A DNA stretch of 64,000 bases from an uncultured delta proteobacterium (GCA_963708295.1 CAVPSJ010000004.1:576001-640000); one strand, 5' to 3'; shown: positions 19,737 to 30,785, counted from the stretch's first letter. Program-made: numbers and translations. The notes: a model not told the origin generated them from the letters alone.

Positions 19737-20457
19737 AATAGAAGAGATTCAGCAATGCATCTATCTTTTAGAAGGGAAAGGGAAGGGAAGTCATCATTAT
19801 TTAATTCGTGCTGCCTATCGGAATGTTCTGATCGATTCAGGTCTGGACCAGGATTTTCTCTGTCTTGAGGAACAGCTCCTCCGTTTGGGACTGAAAGTGA
19901 GGGACGTCGACTTAGTAATCAATACTCACGAGCATTTGGACCACATCGGCGCCAATCGATATTTCCAGGAAACTTCCTTTATCGCTGCCCATCGTTTTGC
20001 GGCAACCAAAATCACTTTGGAAGACCACTACGTCACCCTCTACCGTTCGGGAGACAGGAATGAGGTGCCGCTCCGCGTCCACCTCTGGCTGGAAAACAGA
20101 TCTCTTTTCGACCTTGGGAGCCATACGCTTGAAGTCATCCACACGCCGGGCCACACATCAGGCTCCATATGCATCTATGAGTTTAAGACAAAAGCCCTTT
20201 TTTCAGGAGACACCGTATTTGCCGGAGGCACGCTCTCTTACATCGCGGAGTCCGGGAGCGTTGGGGATTACATTAATTCCATCACACGTCTAGAAGGCCG
20301 GAAGATATTGAAGATCTTTCCCGGTCATGGGGATGTTTCTCAGGATCCTGAACAAGATTTATCTGAGGCAATTATCAATGCCAAGAAACTATTGCGGAGA
20401 GAGGGAAGTATTTCAAACAGCCCTTATCGACCCCCGATACCTCTGACCGTGTCATAA
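19726..20457 (+). CDS. MBL-fold metallo-hydrolase (glyoxalase II-like)
   Basis: THEHLDHIG, HTPGHTSGS, FSGD, PGHG motifs. Confidence 0.92.
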   Translation: MMGKIEEIQQCIYLLEGKGKGSHHYLIRAAYRNVLIDSGLDQDFLCLEEQLLRLGLKVRDVDLVINTHEHLDHIGANRYFQETSFIAAHRFAATKITLEDHYVTLYRSGDRNEVPLRVHLWLENRSLFDLGSHTLEVIHTPGHTSGSICIYEFKTKALFSGDTVFAGGTLSYIAESGSVGDYINSITRLEGRKILKIFPGHGDVSQDPEQDLSEAIINAKKLLRREGSISNSPYRPPIPLTVS

Positions 20458-20599
20458 AGCTGGAAATTCTTGGAGTTGAGTATCACTTGATCAATCTACT
20501 TTTTCGATGAAATTACACTCCAAAGGGTTATTTAAGCTCCCCGATCAAGGCGGCGCAAAGGAGGTGACAAAAGTGGTTGTATGAAAATGTAAGAAAAGC

Positions 20600-20627
20600 T
20601 TAACACGTTTGTAACATAACTGTAACA
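20600..20627 (+). promoter_or_regulatory. Pho box upstream of pstS
   Basis: TTAACA 20600, GTAACA 20611, GTAACA 20622 (11-bp period). Confidence 0.75.
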
Positions 20628-20676
20628 AAAAACAATTAACATGGAAAAGATAAGAGGACAAAAGGAGGTAGTAAAA

Positions 20677-21756
20677 ATGGATAGTTTTAGAAAAAGCTTG
20701 TTGGGATTAGGAAGGAAGAAGATTTTGGGTTTGATTACAATCCTCGTAGTTTCAGCAATTATCGGCGGGACCGGCTATGCAAAAGACGTCGAACTCATAG
20801 GAGCGGGTGCTACGTTTCCTTATCCGCTTTATTCCAAAATGTTTGACGTGTACAGCAAGGAGTATGGTGTAAAGGTGAACTACCAGGCGATCGGTTCCGG
20901 GGGAGGGATACGGCAGCTGATCAGCAAAACGGTGGACTTCGGAGGATCGGATGCGATTATGAGCGACAAAGACTTGACGGAAGCATCAGCGCCGGTCCTT
21001 CACATCCCGACCTGCGCGGGGGCCGTCGTTATAACTTATAATCTCCCAGGGAATCCCCAATTGAAATTCACACCGGATATCATCGCTGACATCTTCCTCG
21101 GAAAGATAAGCAAATGGAACGATGGTCGCATCTCCGAAATCAATCCTGGAGTGAAGCTTCCTGATACGAACATTACGGTGGTGCATCGATCGGACGGGAG
21201 CGGCACAACCTTTATCTTCAGCGACTACCTGAGCAAGGTAAGCAAGGAGTGGAAGGAGAAGGTCGGGACAGGTCCTTCTTTAAACTGGCCAGCGGGGTTG
21301 GGTGGAAAAGGCAATCCCGGCGTTGCAGGTCTGGTCCAACAAACACCCGGAAGCATCGGCTATGTTGAGCTTATCTACGCCTTTCAAAACAAGATGCCCT
21401 TTGGTATGGTGAAAAACAAAAAGGGTAATTTTGTCACGGCCACCCTCGCCGCTACAAGTAAGGCTGCGGATATCAATTTGCCTGATGATATGAAAGTAAG
21501 CCTCACAGATACGGACGCTCCGGAGGGTTACCCAATCAGCGGCTTCACCTGGGTCCTCGTTTACAAAGACCAAAGTTACGGAGACAAGACCGAAGAAAAA
21601 GCAAAGGGACTGGTTAAGCTGCTCTGGTGGATGACCCATCAAGGGCAGAAATATGCGGAGCCCCTGGAATATGCTCCTCTTTCAAAAAAGGCCGTGGAAA
21701 AGGCTGAAAAACTTATAAAATCAATCTCCTACAAGTCGAGCATCGTCATGAAATGA
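20677..21756 (+). CDS. pstS: Phosphate ABC transporter substrate-binding protein
   Basis: GAGATFPYPLY, YQAIGSGGGI, HRSDGSGTT, YPISGFTW. Confidence 0.97.
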   Translation: MDSFRKSLLGLGRKKILGLITILVVSAIIGGTGYAKDVELIGAGATFPYPLYSKMFDVYSKEYGVKVNYQAIGSGGGIRQLISKTVDFGGSDAIMSDKDLTEASAPVLHIPTCAGAVVITYNLPGNPQLKFTPDIIADIFLGKISKWNDGRISEINPGVKLPDTNITVVHRSDGSGTTFIFSDYLSKVSKEWKEKVGTGPSLNWPAGLGGKGNPGVAGLVQQTPGSIGYVELIYAFQNKMPFGMVKNKKGNFVTATLAATSKAADINLPDDMKVSLTDTDAPEGYPISGFTWVLVYKDQSYGDKTEEKAKGLVKLLWWMTHQGQKYAEPLEYAPLSKKAVEKAEKLIKSISYKSSIVMK

Positions 21757-21772
21757 TGTGAAGAGATGTGAA

Positions 21773-21802
21773 GAGTGGGGCGGAATTCATTCCACCCCAC
21801 TC
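21773..21802 (+). terminator. Stem-loop between pstS and pstC (attenuator or mRNA stabiliser)
   Basis: GAGTGGGGCGGAA / TTCCACCCCACTC. Confidence 0.6.
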
Positions 21803-21899
21803 AGGGTTTTTCCAGAAGGCCTTTTAGTTGTTATCTCATGTGGTTTGGTTTTCCACCCGAGGTCATGCGCTTTATGATAAAATAGATGGGACATGAAAA

Positions 21900-22838
21900 A
21901 TGAACCAAAGCAGAGCCGAAGCTCTGGTGCTTGAGGCTAAAACAGAGACGATGCGCTGGCGAAAACCCGCACTCTCGGAATCTTCCTTTCGCAAAATACT
22001 GTCCGCTGCGGGAGTTTTTGTCCTGCTCCTCCTGCTGGCCATCTTCCTTTCTCTGATTATTGCCTCGTTGCCTGCCATTCGGAGTTTTGGAATCGGGTTT
22101 CTCTCCAGTGCCACATGGGATCCGGTCAGGAGTGAATTTGGGGCATTTCCCTTTATTGTGGGAACTCTTGCCACTTCCGTTGTCGCCCTCGTCATCTCAA
22201 TTATCTTCTCCATACCCATCTCCATCTTTCTAGGGGAATATTCTGCCCAAGGATCAACGGCTGCCTTCGTCAAGAGCATGATCGAACTGCTGGCGGGGGT
22301 CCCTTCGGTGATTTATGGATTCTGCGGACTATTCCTCCTTGCCCCGTTGGTAAGAACGTTGGAGACGAAGATGGGTGTGGCCCCCTATGGAGTAGGAATA
22401 TTCACGGCTTCGCTCGTTCTTTCGATCATGATCATACCCTATTCAGCCTCCATCGGACGAGAAGTGATCAGCCTCGTTCCTTCCGATCTCAAAGAGGCGG
22501 CCCTCTCGCTCGGGGCAACGCGCTTCGAGGTGATACGAAAGATCATTCTTCCCTATGCGGGGTCGGGAATCGTTGCAGGAATTCTTCTCTCACTCGGAAG
22601 GGCCCTCGGAGAGACCATGGCTGTAACCATGGTCATCGGAAACTCAAATTTCATTCCGAAGAGTATTTTTAGCCCTGGCAACACCCTGGCCAGTGTCATT
22701 GCTAACGAATTCACGGAAGCGACAGGGAGTCTCTATCTGGCAAGTCTGATTAAACTGGGGCTTGTGCTCTTCATCGTCACGACCCTCATTAACCTCGTAG
22801 GTAAGTTGATCATCCGCCGGATGGGTGTGGGAGAATGA
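21900..22838 (+). CDS. pstC: Phosphate ABC transporter permease
   Basis: ELLAGVPSVIYG, EAALSLGATRFE, GRALGETMAV. Confidence 0.96.
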   Translation: MNQSRAEALVLEAKTETMRWRKPALSESSFRKILSAAGVFVLLLLLAIFLSLIIASLPAIRSFGIGFLSSATWDPVRSEFGAFPFIVGTLATSVVALVISIIFSIPISIFLGEYSAQGSTAAFVKSMIELLAGVPSVIYGFCGLFLLAPLVRTLETKMGVAPYGVGIFTASLVLSIMIIPYSASIGREVISLVPSDLKEAALSLGATRFEVIRKIILPYAGSGIVAGILLSLGRALGETMAVTMVIGNSNFIPKSIFSPGNTLASVIANEFTEATGSLYLASLIKLGLVLFIVTTLINLVGKLIIRRMGVGE

Positions 22839-22839
22839 C

Positions 22840-23688
22840 ATGAAAGCACCCTCGATCAGAAGAAGAATTTTGTATGACCGGTTATTCAAGATGATCATTT
22901 TTGTTCTGGCCTTTTGTTCCATCCTTCCGATGCTTTTCATCCTCTTTTTCATCACCAGCAAGGGAATTTCTGCTATCAACTGGAGATTTCTGACTCAGCT
23001 TCCCAAGCCTGTAGGTGAGATAGGCGGTGGAATTTCAAACGCCATCATCGGAACCCTTATGTTGATCGGCATCGCGACGGTCTTTTCCGTGCCCGTTGGC
23101 ATCCTTGCCGGGATTTTCCTTTCGGAAAATAGGAAGAGAAGCCTCGCATCCCTTATAAGATTGTCTGTCGAGACACTTCAAGGGGTTCCTTCCATTGTGA
23201 TAGGAATCGTTGCCTATCTCTGGCTGGTTGTTTCTATGGGATCGTTCTCAGCCCTCTCAGGAGGAGTGGCTCTCGGTCTGATGATGCTGCCGGTCATCAT
23301 TACCGCGACAGAAGAGACTTTGAAACTCATTCCGGAGAACTTAAGAGAAGCATCCCTGGCATTGGGAGTCTCCTACCCCAGGACGATTCTGAAAGTGATC
23401 GTCCCGGCAGGTGTGAGCGGTATCGTGACTGGAATCCTCCTGAGCATAGCAAGGGTCGCCGGCGAGACAGCGCCCCTGCTCTTTACGGCGTTCGGGAGTC
23501 CTTTTATGAACCTCAATATTCTGAAGCCCATGAATAATCTCCCTCTGATGATTTTTAACTATGCCACGAGTCCTTATCCCGAATGGCATACGCTCGCCTG
23601 GGGAGCCTCTTTTATACTGATCGTGTTTGTCCTGGGTTTAAATATTTTCACCAAGGTTGTGACAAGAAGATGGAAAGTACAATTCTAA
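22840..23688 (+). CDS. pstA: Phosphate ABC transporter permease
   Basis: [29 protein letters not shown]. Confidence 0.96.
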   Translation: MKAPSIRRRILYDRLFKMIIFVLAFCSILPMLFILFFITSKGISAINWRFLTQLPKPVGEIGGGISNAIIGTLMLIGIATVFSVPVGILAGIFLSENRKRSLASLIRLSVETLQGVPSIVIGIVAYLWLVVSMGSFSALSGGVALGLMMLPVIITATEETLKLIPENLREASLALGVSYPRTILKVIVPAGVSGIVTGILLSIARVAGETAPLLFTAFGSPFMNLNILKPMNNLPLMIFNYATSPYPEWHTLAWGASFILIVFVLGLNIFTKVVTRRWKVQF

Positions 23689-24428
23689 GAATAGAGCAGT
23701 TTAGCGCTTTTTTCGGCGCAACGGGGGTTCTGAAGGATATCAAACTTTCAATCCCTGATAAGAGAATAACAGCTATTATGGGCCCTTCAGGATGCGGTAA
23801 AACAACGCTCATTCGCTGTATCAATCGGATGCATGAGTTGAACCCGGGCGCCACAGTCTCTGGAAGGATTCTTTTGGACGGTGAAGACATCTATGCGACG
23901 GATCCCATTATCGTACGGAGGCAAGTTGGGATGGTTTTCCAGAAGCCCAATCCATTTCCCATGATGAGCATCTATAATAATGTGATTGCTGGGTATAACC
24001 TGAACGGAATCCGCCTGCCTAACAATGAGAAGGACAGAGTTGTCGAAGAGTCGCTGCGGAAGGCGGGCCTTTGGGATGAGGTCAAGGGAGCTCTCCATAG
24101 GAGGGGAACTTTTCTTTCCGGAGGGCAGCAACAGCGGCTCTGCATCGCTCGTGCCCTTGCCATGCAGCCTGAGGTTCTTCTCCTTGACGAGCCGACCTCC
24201 GCGTTGGATCCAAAGGCAACTTCACATATTGAAGAGTTGCTTGTCCAACTCAAGGATACCGTGACAATCATCCTCGTTACCCACAACATGGCTCAGGCTG
24301 CTCGCGTCTCCGATTACACAGCCTTTCTGTACCTGGGTGAGCTCATCGAGTTTGGACCCAGTGGAAGAATGTTTACCGCTCCGAAGGAGAAAATGACGGA
24401 AGAATATTTGACCGGAAAATTTGGATAA
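23670..24428 (+). CDS. pstB: Phosphate ABC transporter ATPase
   Basis: [43 protein letters not shown]. Confidence 0.97.
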   Translation: MESTILRIEQFSAFFGATGVLKDIKLSIPDKRITAIMGPSGCGKTTLIRCINRMHELNPGATVSGRILLDGEDIYATDPIIVRRQVGMVFQKPNPFPMMSIYNNVIAGYNLNGIRLPNNEKDRVVEESLRKAGLWDEVKGALHRRGTFLSGGQQQRLCIARALAMQPEVLLLDEPTSALDPKATSHIEELLVQLKDTVTIILVTHNMAQAARVSDYTAFLYLGELIEFGPSGRMFTAPKEKMTEEYLTGKFG

Positions 24429-24460
24429 AGATCTGGCAAATCATTGGACAGGGAGAAGCC

Positions 24461-25147
24461 ATGATAGAAACCCATTTACAAAAGGAGTTGCAGGAGCTGA
24501 AGGAAAACCTTTTAAAGATGGCGGCTCTTGTGGAAGAAGCGATCCGTGATGCCGTGCAATCTTTAGTTAAAAGAGATTCTGATCTTGCCGAGAAGACGTT
24601 TGGGTTTGAAGATCGAATTAACAAATTGGAAATCGCCATCGATGAAATGTGTCTGAAGTTTTTGGCTTTAAGACAACCAATGGCCGCCGACCTCCGATTC
24701 ATTACGTCTGCTATGAAGATCGTTACGGATCTTGAGCGAATGGGTGACCAGGCGGTAAATATCGCCGAACGGGCGATCTCCTTGAACCAGGAACCTCAGC
24801 TCAAGCGCTACATCGATATTCCTAAGATGGCTGAGATCGCTCAATCGATGGTCAAAGACGTCCTCGACGCCTTTGTGAACCACGACTCCAAACTGGCCCG
24901 TTCTGTATGCCAGAGAGATGATGTGGTCGACGGGTTAAACGATCAGGTGGTGAGGGAACTCCTCACCTACATGATGTCCGATCCGAAGACCATTACCCGA
25001 GCGGTCCATCTCATGATTGTGTGCCGATGTCTGGAACGAATCGCTGACCACGCCACTAATATTGCGGAGGATGTGATCTTTATGCTGGACGCCCTTGTGA
25101 TCAAGCATCACGCGGATGCTACAGAAGAGGAAAGAAATATTTCATGA
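24461..25147 (+). CDS. phoU: Phosphate signalling protein PhoU
   Basis: [29 protein letters not shown]. Confidence 0.97.
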   Translation: MIETHLQKELQELKENLLKMAALVEEAIRDAVQSLVKRDSDLAEKTFGFEDRINKLEIAIDEMCLKFLALRQPMAADLRFITSAMKIVTDLERMGDQAVNIAERAISLNQEPQLKRYIDIPKMAEIAQSMVKDVLDAFVNHDSKLARSVCQRDDVVDGLNDQVVRELLTYMMSDPKTITRAVHLMIVCRCLERIADHATNIAEDVIFMLDALVIKHHADATEEERNIS

Positions 25148-25575
25148 GCAAAGCAAGGGTTCTATTTCTTTGCACAGGCAATTCCGCTCGCAGCCAGATG
25201 GCCGAAGCATTCCTGAGAAAATACGGCGGAGATGAATTTGAAGCATATAGTGCTGGACTTGAGCCGAAAGGCATCGCTCCATACGCTGAACGTGTCATGA
25301 AAGAGATAGGAATAAGCCTCGGCGGTCAGCGCTCCAAACACATCAAGGAATATATGGGTAAGGCACACTTCGGATACTTGATTACCATGTGCGACGAAGC
25401 TGAAGCAAGCTGTCCCACTACATTTCCTGGAATTGGACAAAGACTACGCTGGGTGTTTGAAGATCCTTCAGCCTTTAGGGGGTCGGAGGATGAAAAATTG
25501 GCAAAGTTTCGGGAAGTGAGGGATCGAATAGAACGACGAATCAAAGAATGGTTGATAGGACAGCAAGGGAAATAA
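25144..25575 (+). CDS. arsC: Thioredoxin-coupled arsenate reductase (LMW-PTP fold)
   Basis: [30 protein letters not shown]; ATGA-coupled to phoU. Confidence 0.88.
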   Translation: MSKARVLFLCTGNSARSQMAEAFLRKYGGDEFEAYSAGLEPKGIAPYAERVMKEIGISLGGQRSKHIKEYMGKAHFGYLITMCDEAEASCPTTFPGIGQRLRWVFEDPSAFRGSEDEKLAKFREVRDRIERRIKEWLIGQQGK

Positions 25576-25623
25576 TAAATTACCTATTCTACCCATATGA
25601 TTCCTATATAAGATAGACCGACA

Positions 25624-25905
25624 GTGAAGGAAGCTTTCAGCGAGATTGAAATCCAGGCACCAGCCGAGCGTGTATGGCAAATGTTAACCGATGTTGCCAG
25701 CTATCCGGAGTGGAATCCTTTCATCTGCAGAATATACTGCACTGGCAATTGCAGAAACTAAGAAAAGCGGAGCCTTTGTACTCCCCGGCATCGGCAAATC
25801 CGTCCTCGTCAAAAGAAAGGCTCGGATAGCCGGAACCCGGCTAAAGGTGAAACGCTTAAGGTTCCCGCTAAGACTATTGTGAAAATCAGACCTGCCAAAG
25901 CAAGA
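25624..25905 (+). pseudogene. Chimeric remnant: SRPBCC N-terminus joined to an HU-family C-terminus
   Basis: EIEIQAPAERVWQMLTDVASYPEWNPFI, then FVLPGIGKSVLVKRKAR and (after a frameshift) RNPAKGETLKVPAKTIVKIRPAKA. Confidence 0.7.
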
Positions 25906-26029
25906 AGTCATTGTCCCATAAAAAGCATGGCGGGGATCGATACAAGGTCCTAGAACACCAAGGGGATGCCGTTACTCCTCAAATTTTTATACAATTACAT
26001 CGTCCGTGATTACTCTATTTGAGGGTGAT

Positions 26030-27025
26030 ATGAGTTTATTGTTTATCATTCTTATCATATCCATAGCCTTGGTTTTTGATTTTACGAACGGGATGCATGA
26101 TGCCGCGAACTCAATTGCTACGATTGTCTCCACAAGGGTTTTATCTCCTATACAAGCGGTCATCTGGGCGGCTTTTTTTAATTTTGCCGCATTTTTCATA
26201 TTTAGTACAACGGTGGCCGAGACAATCGGCAAGGGAATGATTGATATTAAAACAGTGACTCCAACCGTAATTCTTGCAGGGCTTGGTGGCGCTATTTTAT
26301 GGAATATGACTACTTGGTATTTTGGGTTGCCAAGTAGTTCCTCCCATGCACTGATTGGCGGATATGCAGGAGCAGCCATCGTAAAAAACGGCTTGGGTGT
26401 GATTATCGTAAGTGGTTGGTACAAAACGTTGATTTTTATTGCCTTGGCGCCGGCGATTGGTTTATGTTTAGGTTTTATATTAAAGATCATAACGAATTGG
26501 ATCACCTATAAACAAAGGCCGGCTGTAGTGAATAAGTGGTCGCGGATTTTGCAACTGTTCTCTGCAGCCCTTTATAGTCTTGGCCACGGTGGCAATGACG
26601 CGCAAAAAACGATGGGGATCGTCGCCAGTCTTCTTTTTGCCGGGGGCTTGATCCAGGAATTTGAAGTGCCTCTCTGGGTTATTCTGAGCGCATACGCGGC
26701 TATGGGATTGGGCACCTTGAGTGGCGGTTGGCGAATTGTTAAAACGATAGGGCAGAAAATTACGAAATTAGAACCGATTGACGGTTTTTGTGCCGAGACA
26801 TCCGCTGCTTTTAGCATTCTTTTAGCCACCCATTTGGGGGCTCCAGTGAGCACAACCCATGTGATCACAGGCGCCATATCTGCCCTGGGTTCTGCGAAAC
26901 GGTCTACTGCTGTGCGCTGGAATGTGACTATTCGTATTGTCTGGGCCTGGATTTTTACAATTCCGGCAGCTGCTTCATTGGGTGGCCTCATTTATTTGTT
27001 ATGTGGAATAATCGGTTTGAACTGA
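26030..27025 (+). CDS. pit: Inorganic phosphate transporter (PiT family)
   Basis: GMHDAANSIAT, GLPSSSSHALIG, HGGNDAQKTMG, PVSTTH. Confidence 0.95.
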   Translation: MSLLFIILIISIALVFDFTNGMHDAANSIATIVSTRVLSPIQAVIWAAFFNFAAFFIFSTTVAETIGKGMIDIKTVTPTVILAGLGGAILWNMTTWYFGLPSSSSHALIGGYAGAAIVKNGLGVIIVSGWYKTLIFIALAPAIGLCLGFILKIITNWITYKQRPAVVNKWSRILQLFSAALYSLGHGGNDAQKTMGIVASLLFAGGLIQEFEVPLWVILSAYAAMGLGTLSGGWRIVKTIGQKITKLEPIDGFCAETSAAFSILLATHLGAPVSTTHVITGAISALGSAKRSTAVRWNVTIRIVWAWIFTIPAAASLGGLIYLLCGIIGLN

Positions 27026-27393
27026 TTCGATGCTCAGAAATGGTTATTGCCTCCTTTTCTAATTCAGCCTATATTGGTATTTTGTGGCCTACGAACATCG
27101 AGTGTGCTACTGAACCGGGCTACTCATATCTGCGAACGCGTGGTGTTCACGGTAGCGGGAAAGATGGAGGAAATAAGGCTTCGAGGTACTCGCTTGAATC
27201 AGAAATGGCTCTGCCGCGTTTTATGTTAACTTCAATCATATATCTTCATTAAACTTAACCTGAGATTTCCGATGATCGATAGGTGAAAGCGGAGTTGTTG
27301 AATTCTTCAACGAAATAGACCTCTGTTTCGAATGATATCTTCATCTATCAAAATGTGATTGAACGAGGTTCTTGCTGCGCATACCCTGGGCAA

Positions 27394-28098
27394 TTACAAT
27401 CCGAGAAAGGCTTTTTGGATGACTTCGGCGTTGAGGAGCTCTTTGCCTGTCCCCTGGTGGATGGTCCGTCCGGTTTGAAGCACGTAGCCGCGGTCGGATA
27501 GTTCGAGCGACTCTCGAACATTCTGTTCAACGAGGAGGATGGTCTTTCCGGATCCTTTCAATTTGGCCACAGCCTCTAGCATCTCATCCACCAGTTTTGG
27601 CATCAGCCCCAGGGAGGGCTCGTCGAGCATGAGAACTTTCGGGCTGGACATCAATCCTCTTCCAATGGCGAGCATCTGTTGCTCCCCGCCGCTGAGGGTC
27701 CCTCCGAGCTGAAGGCGTCTTTCAGCCAGTCGGGGGAAGAGATGATAGACGTATTCCAGATTTTTTTTGATCGCTCCGTCATCGTTCAGAATATAAGCTC
27801 CCAATTCAAGATTTTCATGAACCGTGAGGGGGCCAAAGATCAACCGTGCCTCCGGGACATAAGTGATTCCTTTCCGGACAATGTCGGCTGTAGGAAGGTG
27901 AGAGATCGCTTGATCCTCAAACTGGATCGAACCCCTGGAAGGATGGAGGGCGCCTGCAATGGCTTTGAGAAGCGTTGACTTTCCTGCACCGTTTGCGCCG
28001 ACCACGGAAACGAGCTCTCCCTGGTTCACTTCCAGGGAGACATTGTGAATGACGGGGACGCCACCGTACCGGACTTCGATCTCAGTGACCTTTAGCAT
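27394..28098 (-). CDS. livF: Branched-chain amino acid-type ABC transporter ATPase (LivF-like)
   Basis: GANGAGKST, LSGGEQQMLAIGR, DEPSLGL. Confidence 0.92.
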   Translation of the reverse strand: MLKVTEIEVRYGGVPVIHNVSLEVNQGELVSVVGANGAGKSTLLKAIAGALHPSRGSIQFEDQAISHLPTADIVRKGITYVPEARLIFGPLTVHENLELGAYILNDDGAIKKNLEYVYHLFPRLAERRLQLGGTLSGGEQQMLAIGRGLMSSPKVLMLDEPSLGLMPKLVDEMLEAVAKLKGSGKTILLVEQNVRESLELSDRGYVLQTGRTIHQGTGKELLNAEVIQKAFLGL

Positions 28099-28813
28099 AT
28101 TTTTCCCCCAGATAGGCTTTAATCACCCGTTCCTCCTTTATAATATCCTTCGGCAACCCCTCCGCAATTTTCTCGCCGCCATCGAGAACGATGACCCGTT
28201 GGGAGATGGGCATGACCACCTCCATGACATGTTCGATGAGAAAGAGTGCGATCTTCTTTTCCTGATGGATCTTTTTCAAAAGATCCACCATCTCTTCAGT
28301 CTCTTTGGGGGTGAGGCCGGAGGCAACTTCATCGAGCATCAAGAGTTCCGGCTGGGTTGCGATGGCCCTGGCCAGGCCTATCTTCTTCTGACCGGCAATG
28401 GGTAATTCATTAAGGTAGTAATTCTTCAACCCCTCCAGTCCCATGAAGCCCAAGAGTGCAGCCGCTTCAACTTTTGCGAGATGACGATCATCGGTCCTGC
28501 AAAAGGCACCGACCATCACATTTTCGAGGACCGTCATTCCTGCGGTGACCTTGGTAAGCTGAAAGGTCCTGCCGATCCCCTCCCGATTGGTCATGAAGGG
28601 TTTGAATCCCGTGATTTCCTTCCCTTTGAAAATCACCTTCCCGGAATCGGGCTTATGAAAACCGACGACGCAGTTGAAAAGGGTTGTCTTGCCGGCGCCG
28701 TTCGGACCGATCAAACCAATGATTTCACCCTGCTCGATCTGGAAGGAAACATGGTTATTGGCCACTACGCCGCCAAAGTCTTTGACCAGATCGTTGACTT
28801 CAAGAAATGCCAA
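28082..28813 (-). CDS. livG: ABC transporter ATPase (LivG-like)
   Basis: GPNGAGKTT, RTFQ, IEH, VIKAYLG. Confidence 0.92.
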   Translation of the reverse strand: MAFLEVNDLVKDFGGVVANNHVSFQIEQGEIIGLIGPNGAGKTTLFNCVVGFHKPDSGKVIFKGKEITGFKPFMTNREGIGRTFQLTKVTAGMTVLENVMVGAFCRTDDRHLAKVEAAALLGFMGLEGLKNYYLNELPIAGQKKIGLARAIATQPELLMLDEVASGLTPKETEEMVDLLKKIHQEKKIALFLIEHVMEVVMPISQRVIVLDGGEKIAEGLPKDIIKEERVIKAYLGEKYAKGH

Positions 28814-28814
28814 G

Positions 28815-29813
28815 TTATCCGCCTCTCTTTCGAAACTGTTCGATGATGCCCCAGATTCCTCGCGGCTGATAGGCAGAAACGATCATAATCAGAGCCGAAT
28901 AGATCATAAAGTCAACTCCGATCAAACCCTTATGAGCACCCAGCCAACTTCCGAGAAAACGGTCAAGGGGGACTAAGAAACCTGAACCGATGATGGGTCC
29001 CCACATGGACCCCGCCCCTCCCAGCATCGACATCAGAGCAATCTTGATCGAAAGGTCTAGATCCATCACCGAATAAGGATCGATGTAAAGATTATAAACC
29101 GCCAGGAATCCACCTCCCACCGCCACAAAAGCGGAGGCAATGGAGTAGGCCTTGATCTTGCACCATCGGGCATCAATCCCCAGGCTCTCTGCCGCCTCTT
29201 CATCCTCTTTGATCATCCGGAGTTGATAACCTAATTTCGACTTTCGAAACCAGTTCATATAAAAAATGGCGACATAAAAGAGGCCCATGATAAAATAAAA
29301 ATAATACGTATCCGACTTAAACTGCATATAGAGGAAATCAGGGTGTTCATGGATGGGAAGTTCTATTCCCTTGGCTGCTCCGACCAGTTTCCAGTTGATA
29401 AAAATGTCCTGAAGCACCAATGACGTACAAATAGTCGCAATGGCAAAGTAATGCCCCTTCAGTCTGAAAAGGGGATACCCAATGATAAACGAGTATCCGA
29501 TCGCAACGAGGATGCCGATGGGCATGGACACCCAAAAAGGGATCTTCCACCAGACCATTGTCAAAGCGACCGTGTAGGCTCCAATCCCCACATATTGGGC
29601 TTTGCCCAGCTCCACCTGTCCCCCGTAACCACCGATGGTGTTCCATCCCATCCCGAAAAGGGAGAAAAGGAGGAACTGAATCGCCACCGCCTTGACAAAG
29701 GATCCAGCCCCGAGCCAGGGGAAGGCGAGAAGGAAAAGGGTGAAGAGGACAAAGCCCACCTTCTCCGGTTTTGAGAAGTCTCTGAAGTCGAAGGCGTCCT
29801 TTAGTGTTTCCAT
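28815..29813 (-). CDS. livM: ABC transporter permease (LivM-like)
   Basis: WNTIGGYGGQ, RLKGHYFAIAT, EDEEAAESLGI. Confidence 0.9.
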   Translation of the reverse strand: METLKDAFDFRDFSKPEKVGFVLFTLFLLAFPWLGAGSFVKAVAIQFLLFSLFGMGWNTIGGYGGQVELGKAQYVGIGAYTVALTMVWWKIPFWVSMPIGILVAIGYSFIIGYPLFRLKGHYFAIATICTSLVLQDIFINWKLVGAAKGIELPIHEHPDFLYMQFKSDTYYFYFIMGLFYVAIFYMNWFRKSKLGYQLRMIKEDEEAAESLGIDARWCKIKAYSIASAFVAVGGGFLAVYNLYIDPYSVMDLDLSIKIALMSMLGGAGSMWGPIIGSGFLVPLDRFLGSWLGAHKGLIGVDFMIYSALIMIVSAYQPRGIWGIIEQFRKRGG

Positions 29814-30688
29814 CCAAACAATCCCTGAGGTCTCAAAACGACGATGACGAAATAAGCAAAATAGACGACGGTGAATTTAAAATGGGGACCAAAAAAATCC
29901 CAGCCAGTCAGATGACCGATCATTGGGAATAACATTTCAATGATTCCGATCAGGATTCCTGCGAAGAAGGCTCCCTTAATACTTCCAAATCCACCCATGG
30001 CCACCGATGCGAAGGCGATCATCACAAAGAGAAGTCCTACGGTAGGATAGACATACCAGAAATTGACGATCAGACCACCCGCAATCCCAACAGTTCCCCC
30101 GCCGATCATCCAGGCCAGGGCATTCATCCGGTCGGTTCTAATCCCCATATAATTGGCCGCTTCCCTGTTCAGGGCAGTGGCACGGAGAGCTCTTCCCAGT
30201 TTCGTTCGATGAAGGAGGGTGTAGACGAAAAGAAATGCGATCAGACTGAGAATGGCCGCCGAGAGTTTCGTCCAATCAAATCGGAAGAGGCCTATGGAGA
30301 GGGTCTTTCCGACGAGCAGCCCTTTTTGAACGATCCGGTAATCGATGCCAAAAAGAAATTGGGCAAGGTATCTTAAAAAGAGCATGAGTCCGAAGGTCCC
30401 GAAAAGTTGCGCAATGATCGGGCCCCGGAGCAAGTATTTGACGAAACAGTAGTAGGATGCCAATCCAAGAAGCATTCCGACAATGGCAGAGGCGGGGAGG
30501 GCGATCAGGGGATCCACGTGGAGGAGGAGGCTCGTCCAGTACGCCGCGTACATCCCGATCATGAGAAACTCGCCGTGGGCAAAGTTGACGATGTCCATCA
30601 TGCCAAAGATAATGGTGAGACCGAGGGCCACCAGGGCAAAAAGAAGGCCCATCAGGATTCCCTGAAGGAGTGCATCGAGGACGATCAT
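29801..30688 (-). CDS. livH: ABC transporter permease (LivH-like)
   Basis: GLTIIFG..VNFAHGEF, GRALRA, MGGFGS, RPQGLFG. Confidence 0.92.
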   Translation of the reverse strand: MIVLDALLQGILMGLLFALVALGLTIIFGMMDIVNFAHGEFLMIGMYAAYWTSLLLHVDPLIALPASAIVGMLLGLASYYCFVKYLLRGPIIAQLFGTFGLMLFLRYLAQFLFGIDYRIVQKGLLVGKTLSIGLFRFDWTKLSAAILSLIAFLFVYTLLHRTKLGRALRATALNREAANYMGIRTDRMNALAWMIGGGTVGIAGGLIVNFWYVYPTVGLLFVMIAFASVAMGGFGSIKGAFFAGILIGIIEMLFPMIGHLTGWDFFGPHFKFTVVYFAYFVIVVLRPQGLFGWKH

Positions 30689-30709
30689 AAAAAGATACGT
30701 TAAGGATTT

Positions 30710-30785
30710 CGTAATCAGTGATCAGTAATCAGTTTTCAGATCTTTTTCTTACTCACTGACTACTGATCACTGGCAACTGATTACG
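30710..30785. repeat. Inverted array of 7-nt tandem repeats (TAATCAG / CTGATTA)
   Basis: CGTAATCAGTGATCAGTAATCAGT ... ACTGACTACTGATCACTGGCAACTGATTACG. Confidence 0.75.

Noticed and set aside
30710-30785. CRISPR array (also considered for 41881-41941 and 52711-52770)
   Set aside because: The repeats are 7-11 nt with no unique spacers, and there are no cas genes in the window.
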